Below are positions 49,801 to 63,069 of a stretch of 64,000 nucleotides of DNA, piece by piece. The stretch is taken from the NCBI RefSeq assembly GCF_006345805.1, contig NC_042998.1:96844001-96908000 (forward strand), read 5' to 3'. The stretch is from Octopus sinensis. Its lineage: Eukaryota. The translations under genes and the position numbers were made by a program. The notes beneath the pieces are model-generated. The model did not search any database, was not told where the DNA came from, and saw only the letters and a program-made list of their open reading frames with translations. Every line of letters begins with the position of its first letter. Position 1 is the stretch's first letter.

Positions 49801-52800
49801 AACAAGGAATTCAGAGTATGGTAGGTGCTTAATGGATTATTTTTCTATTTTGTTTTGTTTTTCTGAAACATTTAAAAGTTCATTAAAATGAAATTTTGAA
49901 AAATAACAAAATGAAAACAAGTATAAAAATGAAATATAATTTTATTTATGATTTATACATTGCAAAACATATATTAGAGTTTTTTATAATTATAAAAAAA
50001 TATAGTCTAAAAACAGAAATTAAATACAAAAATACAAAAACAAATTGTTTTTTTAATGTTTAATTTAAAGCACTTATATAAATATTATTGACTATTTTTT
50101 ATATATATTTATTTTATCATGCTTTTTATATGTGGGAAGGGTCCACAAATTGAAGTATAATAAGTATTTGAATTGTTGATGAAAATGCAGAGTACCATAC
50201 ATCAGAAGTTAATGCAGCGTCTATTCAACAAGACGAACTGAAGTGACAAATGTAATATCTTGGACGTAGTAAGGTTTTCACACTCAACCTTGTATCACTT
50301 GATTCTTTGAGTAACTGTGCCTCAACAGACTAAGTACCTTTTTAATAAAAAAGGTATTTTCATCAAAAAATTATTTCGTTCTAGAATCTTCAGAAATGTT
50401 CTTGTTAATTTTAAAATTCCATCAATATGGAAGAGTTGTAAATACAGCTAAGTTATGTGACAGTATCAAGAGACCTTCAAAGAGAACATCATCAGCATCA
50501 ACCCATTAGCATTCACATTACTCTGTTAAATGTAATGCTTATTTATTCACACTAATTTGAATTAATCATGCTTTATCTCATAACTTTGAGAATTCAATGA
50601 TGTGATTGTTTACTTTTAGAATGACATTATAAGGTAGGTGTGAGAGGTCAGATCTGGTTGGTTTGATCATAAAAGAGGTAGAATATTTGGGACAGATATG
50701 GTTGGTTTAAAGGGTTAAGAGTCAATATCCTTTTACCATGCCAGTATGGGTTGGATGGTTTGACAGGATCTGGCAAGTAAAGTTACTTTTTCAAGCCATG
50801 CCGACTCGCAAAGGGCTGGTTTCCCAGTTTCATAACATATAAATTCTCCATCTGGATAGGATGCCACTCCATCACAGAATTACTTATTTTTGCCAGCTGA
50901 GTGGACTGGAGCAACATGAAATGAAGTGTTTTGCTCAAGAACACAATGTGCTGCCTGGTCCAGGAATCGAAACCACAATCTTAAGATCATAATTCCAACA
51001 CCCTAACCACTAAGCCACGCACCTTTAGTAGGCAAACCGCAGGGTTGTCTCAAGCTCCAGTGTCAGCTTTGGCATGATTTCTACAGCTGGATGCCTTTCT
51101 TAACACCAACTACTTAACTGTGCGCACTGGGTGCACTTTTCATGCCACTGGCACGCGTGACATCATCAAATAACTTGCCCCTAACAACTAGTTATTGGGA
51201 TGGAGATTATCTGAAAGAGGGAGATGGTTTTATGTGAGATGCTGAGAGGCTAAAATATGTAAATAAGTAAAGCCTTGTAAGTGGATTTAGTATATGGAAA
51301 CTAAAACAGGCCTGCCATATTTGTGTGTGTGTTTGTCTCCTTGTTTGGACATCAGTGGGGCAGTTATAAATGAGCATCATTGTTTTATATGTGGAATCCC
51401 TTGTTTCCAATCTGCCATCAAAACATGTTTGGCCATAGGGAAATATTACCTTACTTGAAAACAGGTGAGGATTAGACACAGGAAGAGCATCCAGCTGCAG
51501 AAAATCTACCTAAGTGAATTCTGGGCATTAAAATGATGATGATGATGATTATGATTAAAGGGGTAATTTTTGCAATAAATTATATCTAAGGAGTAGCTTT
51601 AACAGAGTTTTTTAACAAAAGATAACACAGCAGAAAATATCTACATTAGTGACTAATCACAAGCCAAGATAGCTATTAAATGATAATGCGACCTGCTAGA
51701 AATAACAGCTAAATTTCCTTCAAAATTATACCCTACCATCTTAAAAATGGAAAGACAATGTTGCTCTAGACATACAATACCTGAGAGAAAATAAGATAGC
51801 CATGGCTAGAACAACTGTTCAGTCAGAGTTGAGTAGGAGTTAATAAGAACAACAATAACGAGGCTACTCTTAAATTGACCTTTGTCGTTACTTCACTGAT
51901 AGGAGAAGACAATGGTCATAATGATAATGATGATGATGATGATAACAACAATGATTGTTGTTGTTGATGTTGTTGTTATTGTTATTGTTGTTGTTATTAT
52001 TATTATTATTATTATTATCATTATTATTATTATTATTATTAAGTCAGTGAGCTGGTAGAGTTGTTAGCATGACAGACAAAATGCTTAGCAGTATTTCAGC
52101 TATTTTTGTGTTCTAAGTTCAAATTCCACCAAAGTCAACTTCACCTTTCATCCTTTTGGGGTTGATAAATTAAGTACCAGTGAAACACTGGGGTTGATGT
52201 AATCGACTATCCCCCCTTCCCCAAATTTCAGGCCTTGTGCCTATAGTAAAAAAGATTAATATTAGTTTTAAAGGTGAGTCAAAAAGATCACAATATGAAG
52301 AAAAACTTGAGTGTTTTTTTACAGCACTATACCAATGTATGTGAAGGTGCAGGGCTTAGTGGTTACGGTATTCAGCTCACAATCATAAGGTTGTGAGTTC
52401 AATTTCCAGCAACACATTGTGCCTTTGAGCAAGATGCTTTATTTCATATAGCTCCAGTTCACTCAGCTGACAAAATACAATTGTACTTGTAAATTCAAAG
52501 GGCCAACCTTGCCACACACTGCATCACACAGAATCTCTCTGAGAACTACATTAAGGGAATGCATGTTTGTGGAGTGCTCAGCTACTTGCATGTTAATTTT
52601 TACAAGCAGGCTGTTCCATAGATCAGCTCAATGGAAACACTTGTAGTAACCAGCAAAGTGCCAGTTAATATCAGTGTATAGTAATTTCAATGTGGCAAAG
52701 TCCAAGCACCCATCTATTTTTAAATAATTTTAATACCAGTTTCTTAGTAGAGAAAACTTTTAAAGGTGACAGAGTACCATTACAGTTTTAGTGCCTTAAA

Positions 52801-54401
52801 AGATTGGAAATCAGTGCAGCAGAGTTTGCACCTTGGATATGCTGTTCTTTAATCTGTGCTACAATCCTGTTGCACACTTTAACATCTCTACACAAAGAGG
52901 CACTGCAGCAATCAATGACTGTTGTGCCAGGTATGAGATGCTTTGACACAGCATTTTGGTGCCACCTATTTGGCATTATTGATTCATTGCTGGCCTATTT
53001 GACATTAGATGTTTTAATGTTTCTGTCTCTTTCTCTCTCTCTCTCTCTCTGTTTATTTATGCAAATATATTTCTCTTTATGTGTATGAGGAGAGGGAAAA
53101 TGTTCATGTCAAAGATGTTCAGTTAATAAATTGTACTCTCTCTCTCTCTCTCTCTTACTCTCTTTCCCTCTCCCTCCCTTTCTCTCTGTGTGTACATATT
53201 TTTGTATACTCTTGTGCATGCCTCCAGTGTCAAAACAGGTTGAATGTCCAGTCAGCCATACCAAATAATAAGGCTGCACCCAATCTTCTCATTCCGGCTG
53301 CACTTATCATCTGGCTTTTCAAATTGTTTTAAGACATCAGTGATGGTGCTGCCATAAGGAAGCACACTAAAAAGAATATATGAATAACTTTACACATAAT
53401 ACATGAAATATTTATCTTAACATGTTTGTTATCGATTACTATTGTTAAATTCAGTGACCCACATTGAAAAGAAATGAAAACCATACAAAATAATCCTCTT
53501 AGAAGATTTAATAATGTCAAATGACTTTTAATGGAAACCTTAGCTATTTGCCACAACCAAAATTGCCTCACAACAAACAATGAACTCTGGTTTCTGAGAG
53601 AGAAAACAATAATAATAGCTCGGAGTAACTAATAACCTACTACAAAACACAAAACTGTTGCATATCATCATCATTTAATGTCTGTTTTCCATGCTGACAT
53701 GGGTTGGATGGTTTGACAGGAATTGGTAAGTCAGAAGACTGCACCATGCTTTAGTGTCTGCTTTAACTTGGTTTTTATGGCTGGGTACCCTTCCTGATGC
53801 CAACCACTTTACAGAGTGTACTGGGTGCTTTTTTCGTGACACATACCAGCACCAGTGAGATCACTAAGTAACTTGCAACACAAAACCCTTTAACTGGGGA
53901 TGTGTAGTATTGAGGGAGCTGGCTTTATACCAGTTGATGAGAGGTTAAAGTATGATAGACAGGAACGTCTTACTGCAGAGGAAATAATGGCTACTCCAGA
54001 TGGAAAAAAGAGAGTAGATGGTGAAGATGTATCTGGACATACCTTCAAGTTACTGGAACGTTAATACAAGAGAAATGATACAGAGAATTTGACAGGATGC
54101 AGATTGATTAAGGGAAATGCTGTGAGAGATGCACATCATCATACACACATACTAGAATACCTCCTCCCATGGAAAATTAGCTTACTTGATAGGCAAGCCT
54201 GCATTTATGAACATCTACTAGCTCATCAGCTTTTGTCCCCTTTCAGTTTCTTCCTCCACTATTATAGTGGTATCGATCCTCTAAGATATTTAAATAATTC
54301 CACAATGAAATAAGAGGGGAAAGATGGATGGGTGAATCTCTGTGGTGATTGAAGAAAATTATGGGAAAAGTGTTACCAAAGGACTACTTTTTCTCTTGTT
54401 G

Positions 54402-54512
54402 TCATTTATTTTCATAAAGTGCAAGTTTTTTCATAGCTTCTCTATAATTGTACTTCAAATCTTCAATCTCTTCAAAGAATTCTGGTCTAAAATTCTTCAG
54501 TTCATCTTTTAG
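54402..54512 (-). CDS. CEP290: CEP290 last coding exon (LKDELKNFRPEFFEEIEDLKYNYREAMKKLALYENK*)
   Basis: Matches the human CEP290 C-terminal motif LKKELENFDPSFFEEIEDLKYNY; acceptor ttgttatcattacag; phase 0. Confidence 0.9.
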   Translation of the reverse strand, partial: LKDELKNFRPEFFEEIEDLKYNYREAMKKLALYENK

Positions 54513-55163
54513 CTGTAATGATAACAAGTCACATGTAACAGATGATATAAATAGATGCAGCATTACTTTCACTTTACTACTCACATTAATCATTTTTTTC
54601 ATTGATCATTTGTTTTACGTCTATTTTTCTATCCATACATATTTAATTATATATTATATTAAATACTATGCTTTTCTTTACAAAGCACCATCACATTAAG
54701 AATTAAGTTAAAAAAAAATTTATTAAAGACTACTTTATAACAAGCTGATTAAAATATATATAATTAGAAATTTATCTGAGAATTATTAATATACAACTTT
54801 ACTGTTCAGAATTGATCAGTGACATTATCATAATAATTATGACCATGTTAATAATCATTTCAAATATAGGTGCAAGGCCTGAAATTTAAGGAAGGGAGTG
54901 AGTCAATACCATTGGTCCCAGTATTTGGTTGGTAGTTATTTTATCGACCCCAACAGGAGGAAAAATAAAGTTGAACTTGGCCATGCTTGAATCAGACTCT
55001 AAAGAGCTGAAAGAAATGCCACTTAGCACTTTGCCCAAAGTGTTAATGACTCTGTTAGTTCACTACTTAATCATAATAATGCTTTAAACTTTGGCACAAG
55101 GCCAGCAATTTTAGGGGAAAGGGAAGTCAATGACACTGACCCCCATGCTCAGCTGGTACTTAT

Positions 55164-55413
55164 CAGTGGCGGATACAGGGGTGTTGCCCTAGTTGCCCGG
55201 GCAACATCCTTTCTAGCTGCTCTGTTGCAAATATAATAACATTGTTATTTTATTTCCAGCAGTTTCACAGCATTACTGTTTCATATGCTTATGGTCTGCT
55301 AAAACAAAGAATACATAAAAATGTGCCCCTTTGTTACGAATTCCCTCCTTATATGGTATTTCTTCTGAAACTTTTGGGCAACACCCCAAAAATAAAATCC
55401 TAGATCCCCCCTG
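55164..55413. mobile_element. hAT-type MITE inserted in a SINE B copy
   Basis: CAGTGGCGGATACAGG / CTAGATCCCCCCTG ends; SINE B halves on either side (55085-55163 and 55414-55525); no clean TSD. Confidence 0.7.
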
Positions 55414-55671
55414 CTGATGAAAGTCAAAGTTGACCTTGGCCATATTTGAACTCAGAGCATAAAGAGCGAGAAGAAATGTCAGTAAGCATATTGTCTGACA
55501 TGATAGCAATTCTGCCAGCTCGCAATTCAATGACAGAAAGTATCAAATGACTGATTCATTGTGAACAATTATAATTTGGCAATTTTAATGACCAACGGAA
55601 GCATAAATTGAAAATCTTTGATCTTACAGTTTTGAAACACCATTCTATTAGGGTTTTTTTAATGAGGCGTA

Positions 55672-55825
55672 GGAATGGCTGTGTGGTAAGAAGCTTGCTT
55701 CCCAACCACATGGTTCCAGGTTCAGTCCCACTGTGTGGCACTTTGGGCAAGTGTCTCCTACTATAGCCTCGGGCCAACCAAAACCTTGTGAGTAGATTTG
55801 GTAGACGGAAACTGAAAGAAGCCTG

Positions 55826-55864
<39 letters not shown>

Positions 55865-56097
55865 TGTGTGCGTGTGTGTGCACATGTGTGTGTGCTTGTG
55901 TGTCTGTGTTTGTCCTCCCACCATCGCTTGACAACCTATGTTGTGTTTACATCCCTGTAACTTAGCGGTTCAGCAAAAGAGACCAATAGAATAAGTACTA
56001 GGCTTACAAAGAATAAGTCCTGGGGTCGAATTGTTCGACTAAAGCAGTGCTCCAGCACGGTCGCAATCAAATGGCTGAAACAAGTAAAAGAATAAAA
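55672..56097 (+). mobile_element. SINE family A, full length, abutting the CEP290 donor site
   Basis: Complete family A consensus ending about 10 nt from the exon end at 56109. Confidence 0.9.
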
Positions 56098-56108
56098 AAA
56101 TATCTTAC

Positions 56109-56234
56109 CTGGAAAATTTCAGAGGATTGTTTATCTTTTTCAAGTTTCAATGTTTTCAGTTGTACTGTAAGCTCTGTGTTTTTAGATATTAAAGAATCAT
56201 AGCTTCTAGCTTTCTGTAACATGTCTTCAGTCAT
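56109..56234 (-). CDS. CEP290: CEP290 penultimate exon (MTEDMLQKARSYDSLISKNTELTVQLKTLKLEKDKQSSEIFQ)
   Basis: Acceptor tttattgtttcag, donor CAG|gtaaga, 126 nt in phase 0/0, coiled-coil, in frame with the last exon. Confidence 0.85.
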
Positions 56235-56431
56235 CTGAAACAATAAATAGACAATGTATCACCATTTTTAGCATCCACTTTTGCATGTTTGCTGGATCAG
56301 ATGGAATTTGAGGCAGATTTTCAACAGCCAGCTGCCCTTCCTGTCACGAACCCTCATCTTTTTCCAAGCAAGCTAATATTTCCAATGCCCCAAACATGTT
56401 TTTCATAGAAGACTGGGAATATTTTACTTAC

Positions 56432-56522
56432 TTTTGGTACTTCCCCATGGAGCTTTTGTTGTAGAAGTTTCACTTCTTTGAAAAGTTCATTTTTCTCGCT
56501 TTGCAGTTCACTTATTGTTAAC
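56432..56522 (-). CDS. CEP290: CEP290 exon (xLTISELQSEKNELFKEVKLLQQKLHGEVPK)
   Basis: Acceptor gatttcag, donor AAA|gtaagt, phase 2/0; resembles human RLANHQLDKEKAEL. Confidence 0.8.
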
Positions 56523-57539
56523 CTGAAATCAATTTCTTTTTTTAATTTCAGCTTGATAAGAGAGATCAACTAAACTTTCAAGATACATTTTTACATTAAT
56601 CAGAACACAAATCTCAAATGAACATTATAAGAGAGAAATTTTCATAGAAAAGAAAAAAGCCTAAAATAAGTAACAAAATAAGAAAGCTATATATTCTGCA
56701 GGTTAAAAATACATTTTAAAGACAGATGTGAGCCACAATTAAAGAATAGTGATTTGGATTAGTGCAAGAATAATTCAGCAGTCTGATGCAACATAAGTCA
56801 CAATTTCTTCTAGAAATACACTTAGTTACAGATAACAGAATTACTACTGATCATGATATGGGCTCAACAAAAAAGATGAGTCAACAATTACAGATAACAC
56901 CATACAACATATTGATAATTTCAATATAAGTAAATACATTTACTCTCACAGTGAAAGAACATTCCAAAAGTTTTTACAAAGTAGAAATTTATGCTTAAAT
57001 CAGAGAATGAACGATACTTGGTATTATTAGATAAGAGCTGAAATTATAATCTTTTAATGTATTTTAACTTTAAGACCATTAGTACAAAAATTCCTTCATT
57101 GCAAAATTAAATAGATTTTGAAATATTAAATTTAATACCTTTAAAACAGTATGGATAATGAAATAAAGAAACAAATAAATTTGTAGTTGATCTGATATTA
57201 CTCACATTTCAACTAGTAGACGTAAAAACTTAACGATCTCTAACAAAATGCAGTTGTTATCATTATTTATACAAAACAGCCCAAATGTCAAGTAAAACAT
57301 AAATAACCTCTGAACTTTAATCTTTAGTCTATCTCAATATAGTCTAATCTTTTTCTCAAAGACAAATTGGTCTATGGCATTTCTGACAATTTTATGAATA
57401 CTTTCCGAATAAGATAATATACAAGCTGGTAATAGCACTTCCAGAATAATTTTTGTTGCCCTATAAATAATTGACATGTGTATATATGCGTATATGGTTT
57501 TGTGTATGTGTGAAAATGAATGTGTGTGGTACATATATA

Positions 57540-57738
57540 CAAGGGAGTGCTGTAAAGTTCTTGGCCTTAAGGATATCATGAAAGGCCTGACTGGAGGCCC
57601 AACCTTCTGAGCTCTTTTACAGGAGCACTGCAATAAATGTGTGAATCTGAGAGGAGAATATGTTGAATAAAATCATAATTAACTGAACCTCCTGTATCTT
57701 CTTTTACCCAAAGCGAGGAACTTTTCAGTACCTCCTCG
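57540..57738. mobile_element. Mariner-type MITE
   Basis: TA-CAAGGGAGTGCTGTAAAGTTCTTGG...CGAGGAACTTTTCAGTACCTCCTCG-TA. Confidence 0.8.
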
Positions 57739-57768
57739 TACACATCTATGTATGTGTATATATATATA

Positions 57769-57817
<49 letters not shown>

Positions 57818-57825
57818 TATATAAT

Positions 57826-57926
57826 AGCGTACATTTAAACACAAGAGAAGCTGCCTTTAACAAGCAGCTTTACAAGCTAGAAGAAGCAGTCAAAACGACC
57901 AAAACTCTTGTGTTTAAATGTACACT
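57826..57926. mobile_element. ~100-bp hairpin MITE
   Basis: Perfect 19-bp inverted repeat 57829-57847 / 57905-57923, TA-flanked, with an inner AAGCTGC/GCAGCTT hairpin. Confidence 0.75.
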
Positions 57927-60900
57927 ATGTTATATTGAGAATATGTTGTCTATTAACTTTTTTATACATGCTAAGCCACTGGTAGTGAAATTTCTAAAAA
58001 AAACTCACTACCCTATATATTTTATAGGTATATATATATATATGAACAAAGTCTGGAAAATTTGGTATATTTTTAATTCCATGCTACATGTTTCATTACA
58101 GCATAGGAAATACTTTATAATATAAATATTATCATTAATTATCATAATAGTAATATCGATTTCAAATTTTGGCACAAGGCCAGCAATTTCAGGGAACAGG
58201 TTAAGTTGATTAATATTCACTCCAGTACTCAACTGGTATTTATTTTATTGACCCCAAAAGGATGAAAGGCAAAGTCAACCTCAGTGGAGTACAAACTCAA
58301 AATTAAAGATGGATGAAATCTTGCTAAGCACTTTGCCCAACATGCTAACAATTCCACCAACTCACCACCTTCACCTTAATAATGATATTATAAATATAAC
58401 AAAGTCATAATAGTTACATACACATAGAGGACATCATCGTCGTCCTTTAATGTTCATTTTCTATGCTAGCATGGGTTGGACACTTTGACAGATGCTGGCT
58501 AGCCAAGGAGCTGTCCAGCCTTCAATTGGACTCCAGACACAACTTGCTTGTGTGTTGTGGTATGATTTCTACAGTTGGATGCCAACCACTTTAAAGAATG
58601 TGCTGGGTGTTTTTTAAGTGCCACCAACACAGATGTACTTAAACAGTACTGGCTTGAGTGCATTTTATGTGGCACCAGCACCTGTGAAGTACAAGCCTGT
58701 ATGAATCAGTGACTGTGATATACACACACACACACACACACATTAGTAGTGAGACATGATTACTGAATATAGAGGATAAGTAAAGGCTGAAAAGAAATGA
58801 GACCAGCATACTCCACAGCATATGTGATACTAGCAAGTATGAATGACAGAGCACACAAGTACACCGAAAGAAAAACTGGATATCAGAAGTGTTTGCTGTA
58901 ATGTACAAAGAGAGAAGAGTGTAATGTTAAGCACACAGAATGGACACACAGAATGAAAGTTGAATGAAAAGGGTGGATGATGCAAATTTAAAGAGCTTGA
59001 GGAAGACAGACAAACAGCCAGACATGAATGCTTCTCAGTTAAAAAAAAAATTATATATATACTCTGTTTTATGTACAGAATTCTAATCTCTACTATTTGT
59101 AAAAAATAAACTCATACACATACATATATATGAGAGAGGATACTAAGATGTAAAATGACACAAGATAATAGGTATGTACAGTAAGTGTTCAGGTTGAGTC
59201 AAATTCTAAAATCCAACACTAAGACCTGAGTGAGGAAGGCCTTCCTTCGAGAATTCCAGACCACTGATAACAGTACTTATCCCATACTGAGGGAGTTGCC
59301 ATAACAGCCCAGAGCCAAGAATAATGAAGAAACATCATCAATGGCCTCTGCTCCTTAGAGAATAAAGGGCTTAACTCATTATCATTCAGATTACTCTGTC
59401 AAATGTAAAGCTTATTTATTCATATTACTTCGAGTAAATCATGCATTATCTCATAGCTTCAAGATTTTAATGATGTCATTGTTTATTCTTAAAATGACAT
59501 TGTAGAAGAGATGTGGGAAGCTGGATCTGGCTGGTTTGAACATATAGAAAAGTAGAATACTTGGGCTGGATATGGCCAGTTTAAATGTCAAAGGGTTAAG
59601 TCAGTTAATATACTTGTAACTGTTATATTGGTAACTGTTTAAAGTTAGCTAATACACTTGTCTCTTGAAAAGCATCTTACATATGTGTGTAAATTTACAT
59701 GTGTTGCCCCAGTTTATTCAACAAGCTACTCAAAGAGGCATGATTTAAGCTGCATATTTTTCATGTTGAACACAATTTCTGCTCTTTTGTTTAATATGTC
59801 GATAGGTTCAGTGCAATCAATATTTCATAAGGCTGCTTGTTGTAACAACAGAATTTCCTTTCTTGGCTAATATTTTATAACAAATAGTAAATTGATTTAT
59901 TTAAACTAACCATTGATGGAACACAATTGTTCAGTTTCCTACAAATGATTTCCTGGACAAATTAGCAATTTCCAAGTGAATAGGCATTTGTCTGTTATTG
60001 CTTCTTCCAGTTCTTTACATTGAAAAGGAAATCTACCTATTGAAGCTAATAACTGCTTGGGATTTTTCCACAAATCTAAAGTGACTCATCTGTATAAACA
60101 ATAAACATTCATAAAAAAAAATGAGAACTATTTCTTCTTCTAAATCCTATGACTTACAAGGAATGAGTCTGGAAAGGAAAATGTTTCTCTATTTTCCTTT
60201 TCTATTTTACTCCCAAACACACCTCCTGCTCATCAGTTTCAAAGGCTGCCCTTCTCTCTTGGATTAAAAATTAAAAAATGGCTAAAACAAACTAGGAATG
60301 GCTATAGTTAGAAAACTGATCAAATCTTGAAGCTTGTTTTAAATTGCATTTGGTAACTATTAGTTGGTCCACATTACCCCATAAGCAACATAGGGTCAGT
60401 TTGCTGGTTTCTCTGGTAAATATTTCCTCTCTTGATAGGGAACTGGTCCATCACAGGATGACTCATTTTTACCAGTTGAGTGGACTGGAGCAGCATGAAA
60501 TGAAGTGTTTTTGCTCAAGAACACAACACACTGCTTGGTCCAGGAATTGAAACTGCAACCTTATGATCATGAGTCCAATAACCTAACCACTAAGCCATGC
60601 ACCTCCACTTGGTAACGTTTCATCAACATTATCATCATTTAACATCCATTGTCCACACTGACATGGGTTGGTCAGTTTGACCAGGACTGGTAAGCTGGAA
60701 GGCTGCCCCAGATTCCAGTCTGATTTAGCATGGTTTTCTAAAGCTGGATGCCCTTCCTAACATCAACCACTCCAAGAGTGTAATGGGTACTTCTACTGCC
60801 ACTAGCATGAGTGCCATTTGCATGACACTGGTATCTGCCACAACTGTGATCTTGCTTGGCTTGATGGGTCTTCTTCTCAAGCATGACATAATGTCAAAGG

Positions 60901-61633
60901 TCTTGGTTATTGCCTCCGTGAGGCCCAATACTCAAAAGGAACTCAGCCACTTTGCCTCCATGAGGCCCAATGCTCAAAAGGATTATACATTATTTCTAAA
61001 GTACAGGGTCTATGTGTTGTTTCAAAGTATTTTGATAGTATATGGTTACTTCCTTGACGTAAGTATGTTCAAGTATAATTGATGAAATATATTTAACAAA
61101 CAACAGCCAATAACAATTGCTTCCTTTAATTTTAACATTCACTTTTCTATGCTTGTATAGGTTAGACCGAATTTATTGAGACAGAGTTCATATTGACAAA
61201 TGTTCTTCCTATCACTTAACATCACTTGTCTTCTGGTAAACTCACAAAGCTTTGGTCAGCCAAGGCCTGCGATAGAATTCAGTTGCCCAAGGTGCCACAC
61301 AGTGGGAATGAACCCAAGTTATATGGTTAAGAAGCAAACTTCTTACAACACAGCTGTGCCTACACCAGGAGAAATTTTTTTTTTTTTGCTTTTTGATATA
61401 TATATATATATAGGGAGAGTTTATGAAAAAAACAAAAGACGAAGACAGGTGGTGTACAAAACAAACAGATGTATTAGTATAATGCTCAGGAATAGAAAAA
61501 GTCTCCTACGCTCTTCTACAGAAAGGGACACAGAAAAAACAAGGAGAGAAAAAAAATGTGTGTAGTGGCTAACAATCTATCATGGCGTCAGCATGGATTT
61601 AAAAACCTTATAGGTAAATTTTACAAATATTTT

Positions 61634-63069
61634 AATAATTATATACATAATTATAAGAAGGGATTGGCTATAAGCCTCTTCAGGTGCTACATTTCTACAA
61701 GTGTGTATTGCTGTATGAAGCCGCTGCTTGTATATGTATGTGTAGATACTTGTCAATTTATTCTATGGAATAGCGTTGCTGATGAGAGCTTAACCCTTTT
61801 GTTACTATATTTCTGACCAAAATACACCCCTTATGTGTTTCAATTAATTTCTAACATAATCATAAATTTAGTCTGGTTTCATTAAACAACTATAACTTTT
61901 TTATTTATCAATATATTAATGTGATTTTTGGAAGATAATTTAATGAAATGTTCTCAACCAATTCTATACTATAATTTTTGTCACAAAGTGACTCTAATTG
62001 CAGGTAGATACAGGTAAATTCAACAAAATATAAAATTATTAAAATTTTGTTCAAACATCGCAATAGAAAATGGGTTATTAGCTAATATTCAATTGGGTAT
62101 ACAGCAAAATTTTACGATAGAATTTGTTATTCTGGGTAACTTTCTGATACCCATAATAATATTTATGGCAAAATAGTCTTAATTTCATTTAAGGTTGTGG
62201 GAAACCACTAACTATCCTTTCTTTCACTTTGTTTACATTTAGCGTAACGGTTCGTTTCTGCCGTAATGATTTCAAATAGGCTCATTCGAAAAAGTTAAAA
62301 CAAAATAGCCTAAGGCTTTACTCTCCTGGGAAAGTCTGTGGCTTGGTCCAGTTTCTTCAGAAAAATCACCAAAAGAAACAGTTTTTAAATTTTCACTCCA
62401 TTCAGGTGCCAATTCATTTTCTTTATCACTGTCGGAGCTCTCGGATTCACTGTTTTCACTTTCGGAAAATGAAACATCAGATTCATTATCAAATACCACG
62501 TGCTTTTTTTTTCAGTCATAGAGTTAGATTTATGAAGGTCTTCAGTAGAAAATCCTTCGAATTCTGACTCGCTGCTTGATATAATGAAATTCGTATCCAT
62601 TTTTTGTCAGAATTACAAATTTTGAAAACACAATAGGAACAAATTTCGGAAAAAAAATCTCCCAAAATTCACGGAATTAAAATTACACTTCGATCATTGT
62701 ACAAAACTGTAGATGAACTGTTTACGAAGTATAATCACGTGTTTTCACGAATGTACTAGAGATTTGCTCTGATATTCTCATTTAAATATGAATAGGTAAA
62801 TACGGGCGGGTTTGGGTGGTTTGGTCACATTAACCAAAATTTTTTCGGGCGGCTTTGGGCGGTTTGGTAACGAATGGGTTAAGCTTGAAACAGGATCTTG
62901 TACATGGTTAAATAAAAGTTTAATTCATTATCTTTCTTTTTCTCAACTACAGCCCGTGTTTTATTTTTTGGAATTTTTAAGGTGGTAATAGCATCTTTAG
63001 ACATCTATTTTTCTAGCATGTGGAGAGGCTTATAGCCAATCTCTAGTTATAATTATGTATATAATTATT
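61634..63069. mobile_element. ~347-bp fold-back element carrying a type III HHR, split by a piggyBac insertion
   Basis: 56-bp inverted termini 61634-61689 and 63014-63069 (50/56 identical); HHR halves at 61744-61793 and 62879-62899. Confidence 0.65.
61794..62878 (-). mobile_element. Internally deleted piggyBac transposon with a PGBD-like transposase N-terminus
   Basis: TTAA on both sides; TIR CCCATTCGTTAC / CCCTTTTGTTAC; acidic N-terminus, WSENLK..FSEETGP, LFEIITAETNRYA, WFPTTLNEIK, IMGIRKLP (frameshifted, 62600 to ~62110). Confidence 0.9.

Noticed and set aside
50365-50395. Hammerhead-like CTGAAGA...CGAAA on the minus strand
   Set aside because: Base of stem II is mismatched and there is no stem I
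52800-52930. Plus-strand exon-like frame ending at a CAG|gtatga donor (…LCYNPVAHFNISTQRGTAAINDCCAR)
   Set aside because: No credible acceptor after the upstream in-frame stop and no partner exons found
53250-53369. Minus-strand acceptor followed by VLPYGSTITDVLKQFEK…* as an alternative CEP290 last exon
   Set aside because: No usable donor before the CEP290 stop codon and no homology recognised
56263-56340. In-frame 78-nt cassette exon (EGQLAVENLPQ...) inside a CEP290 intron
   Set aside because: It would leave a 28-nt downstream intron and has a weak acceptor
60037-60089. Next upstream CEP290 exon (MSHFRFVEKSQAVISFNR, phase 0/2)
   Set aside because: Splice sites and phase fit, but there is no resemblance to the CEP290 coiled coil; the 34-nt candidate at 57206-57239 is equally unsupported. 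The true exon may lie outside the window
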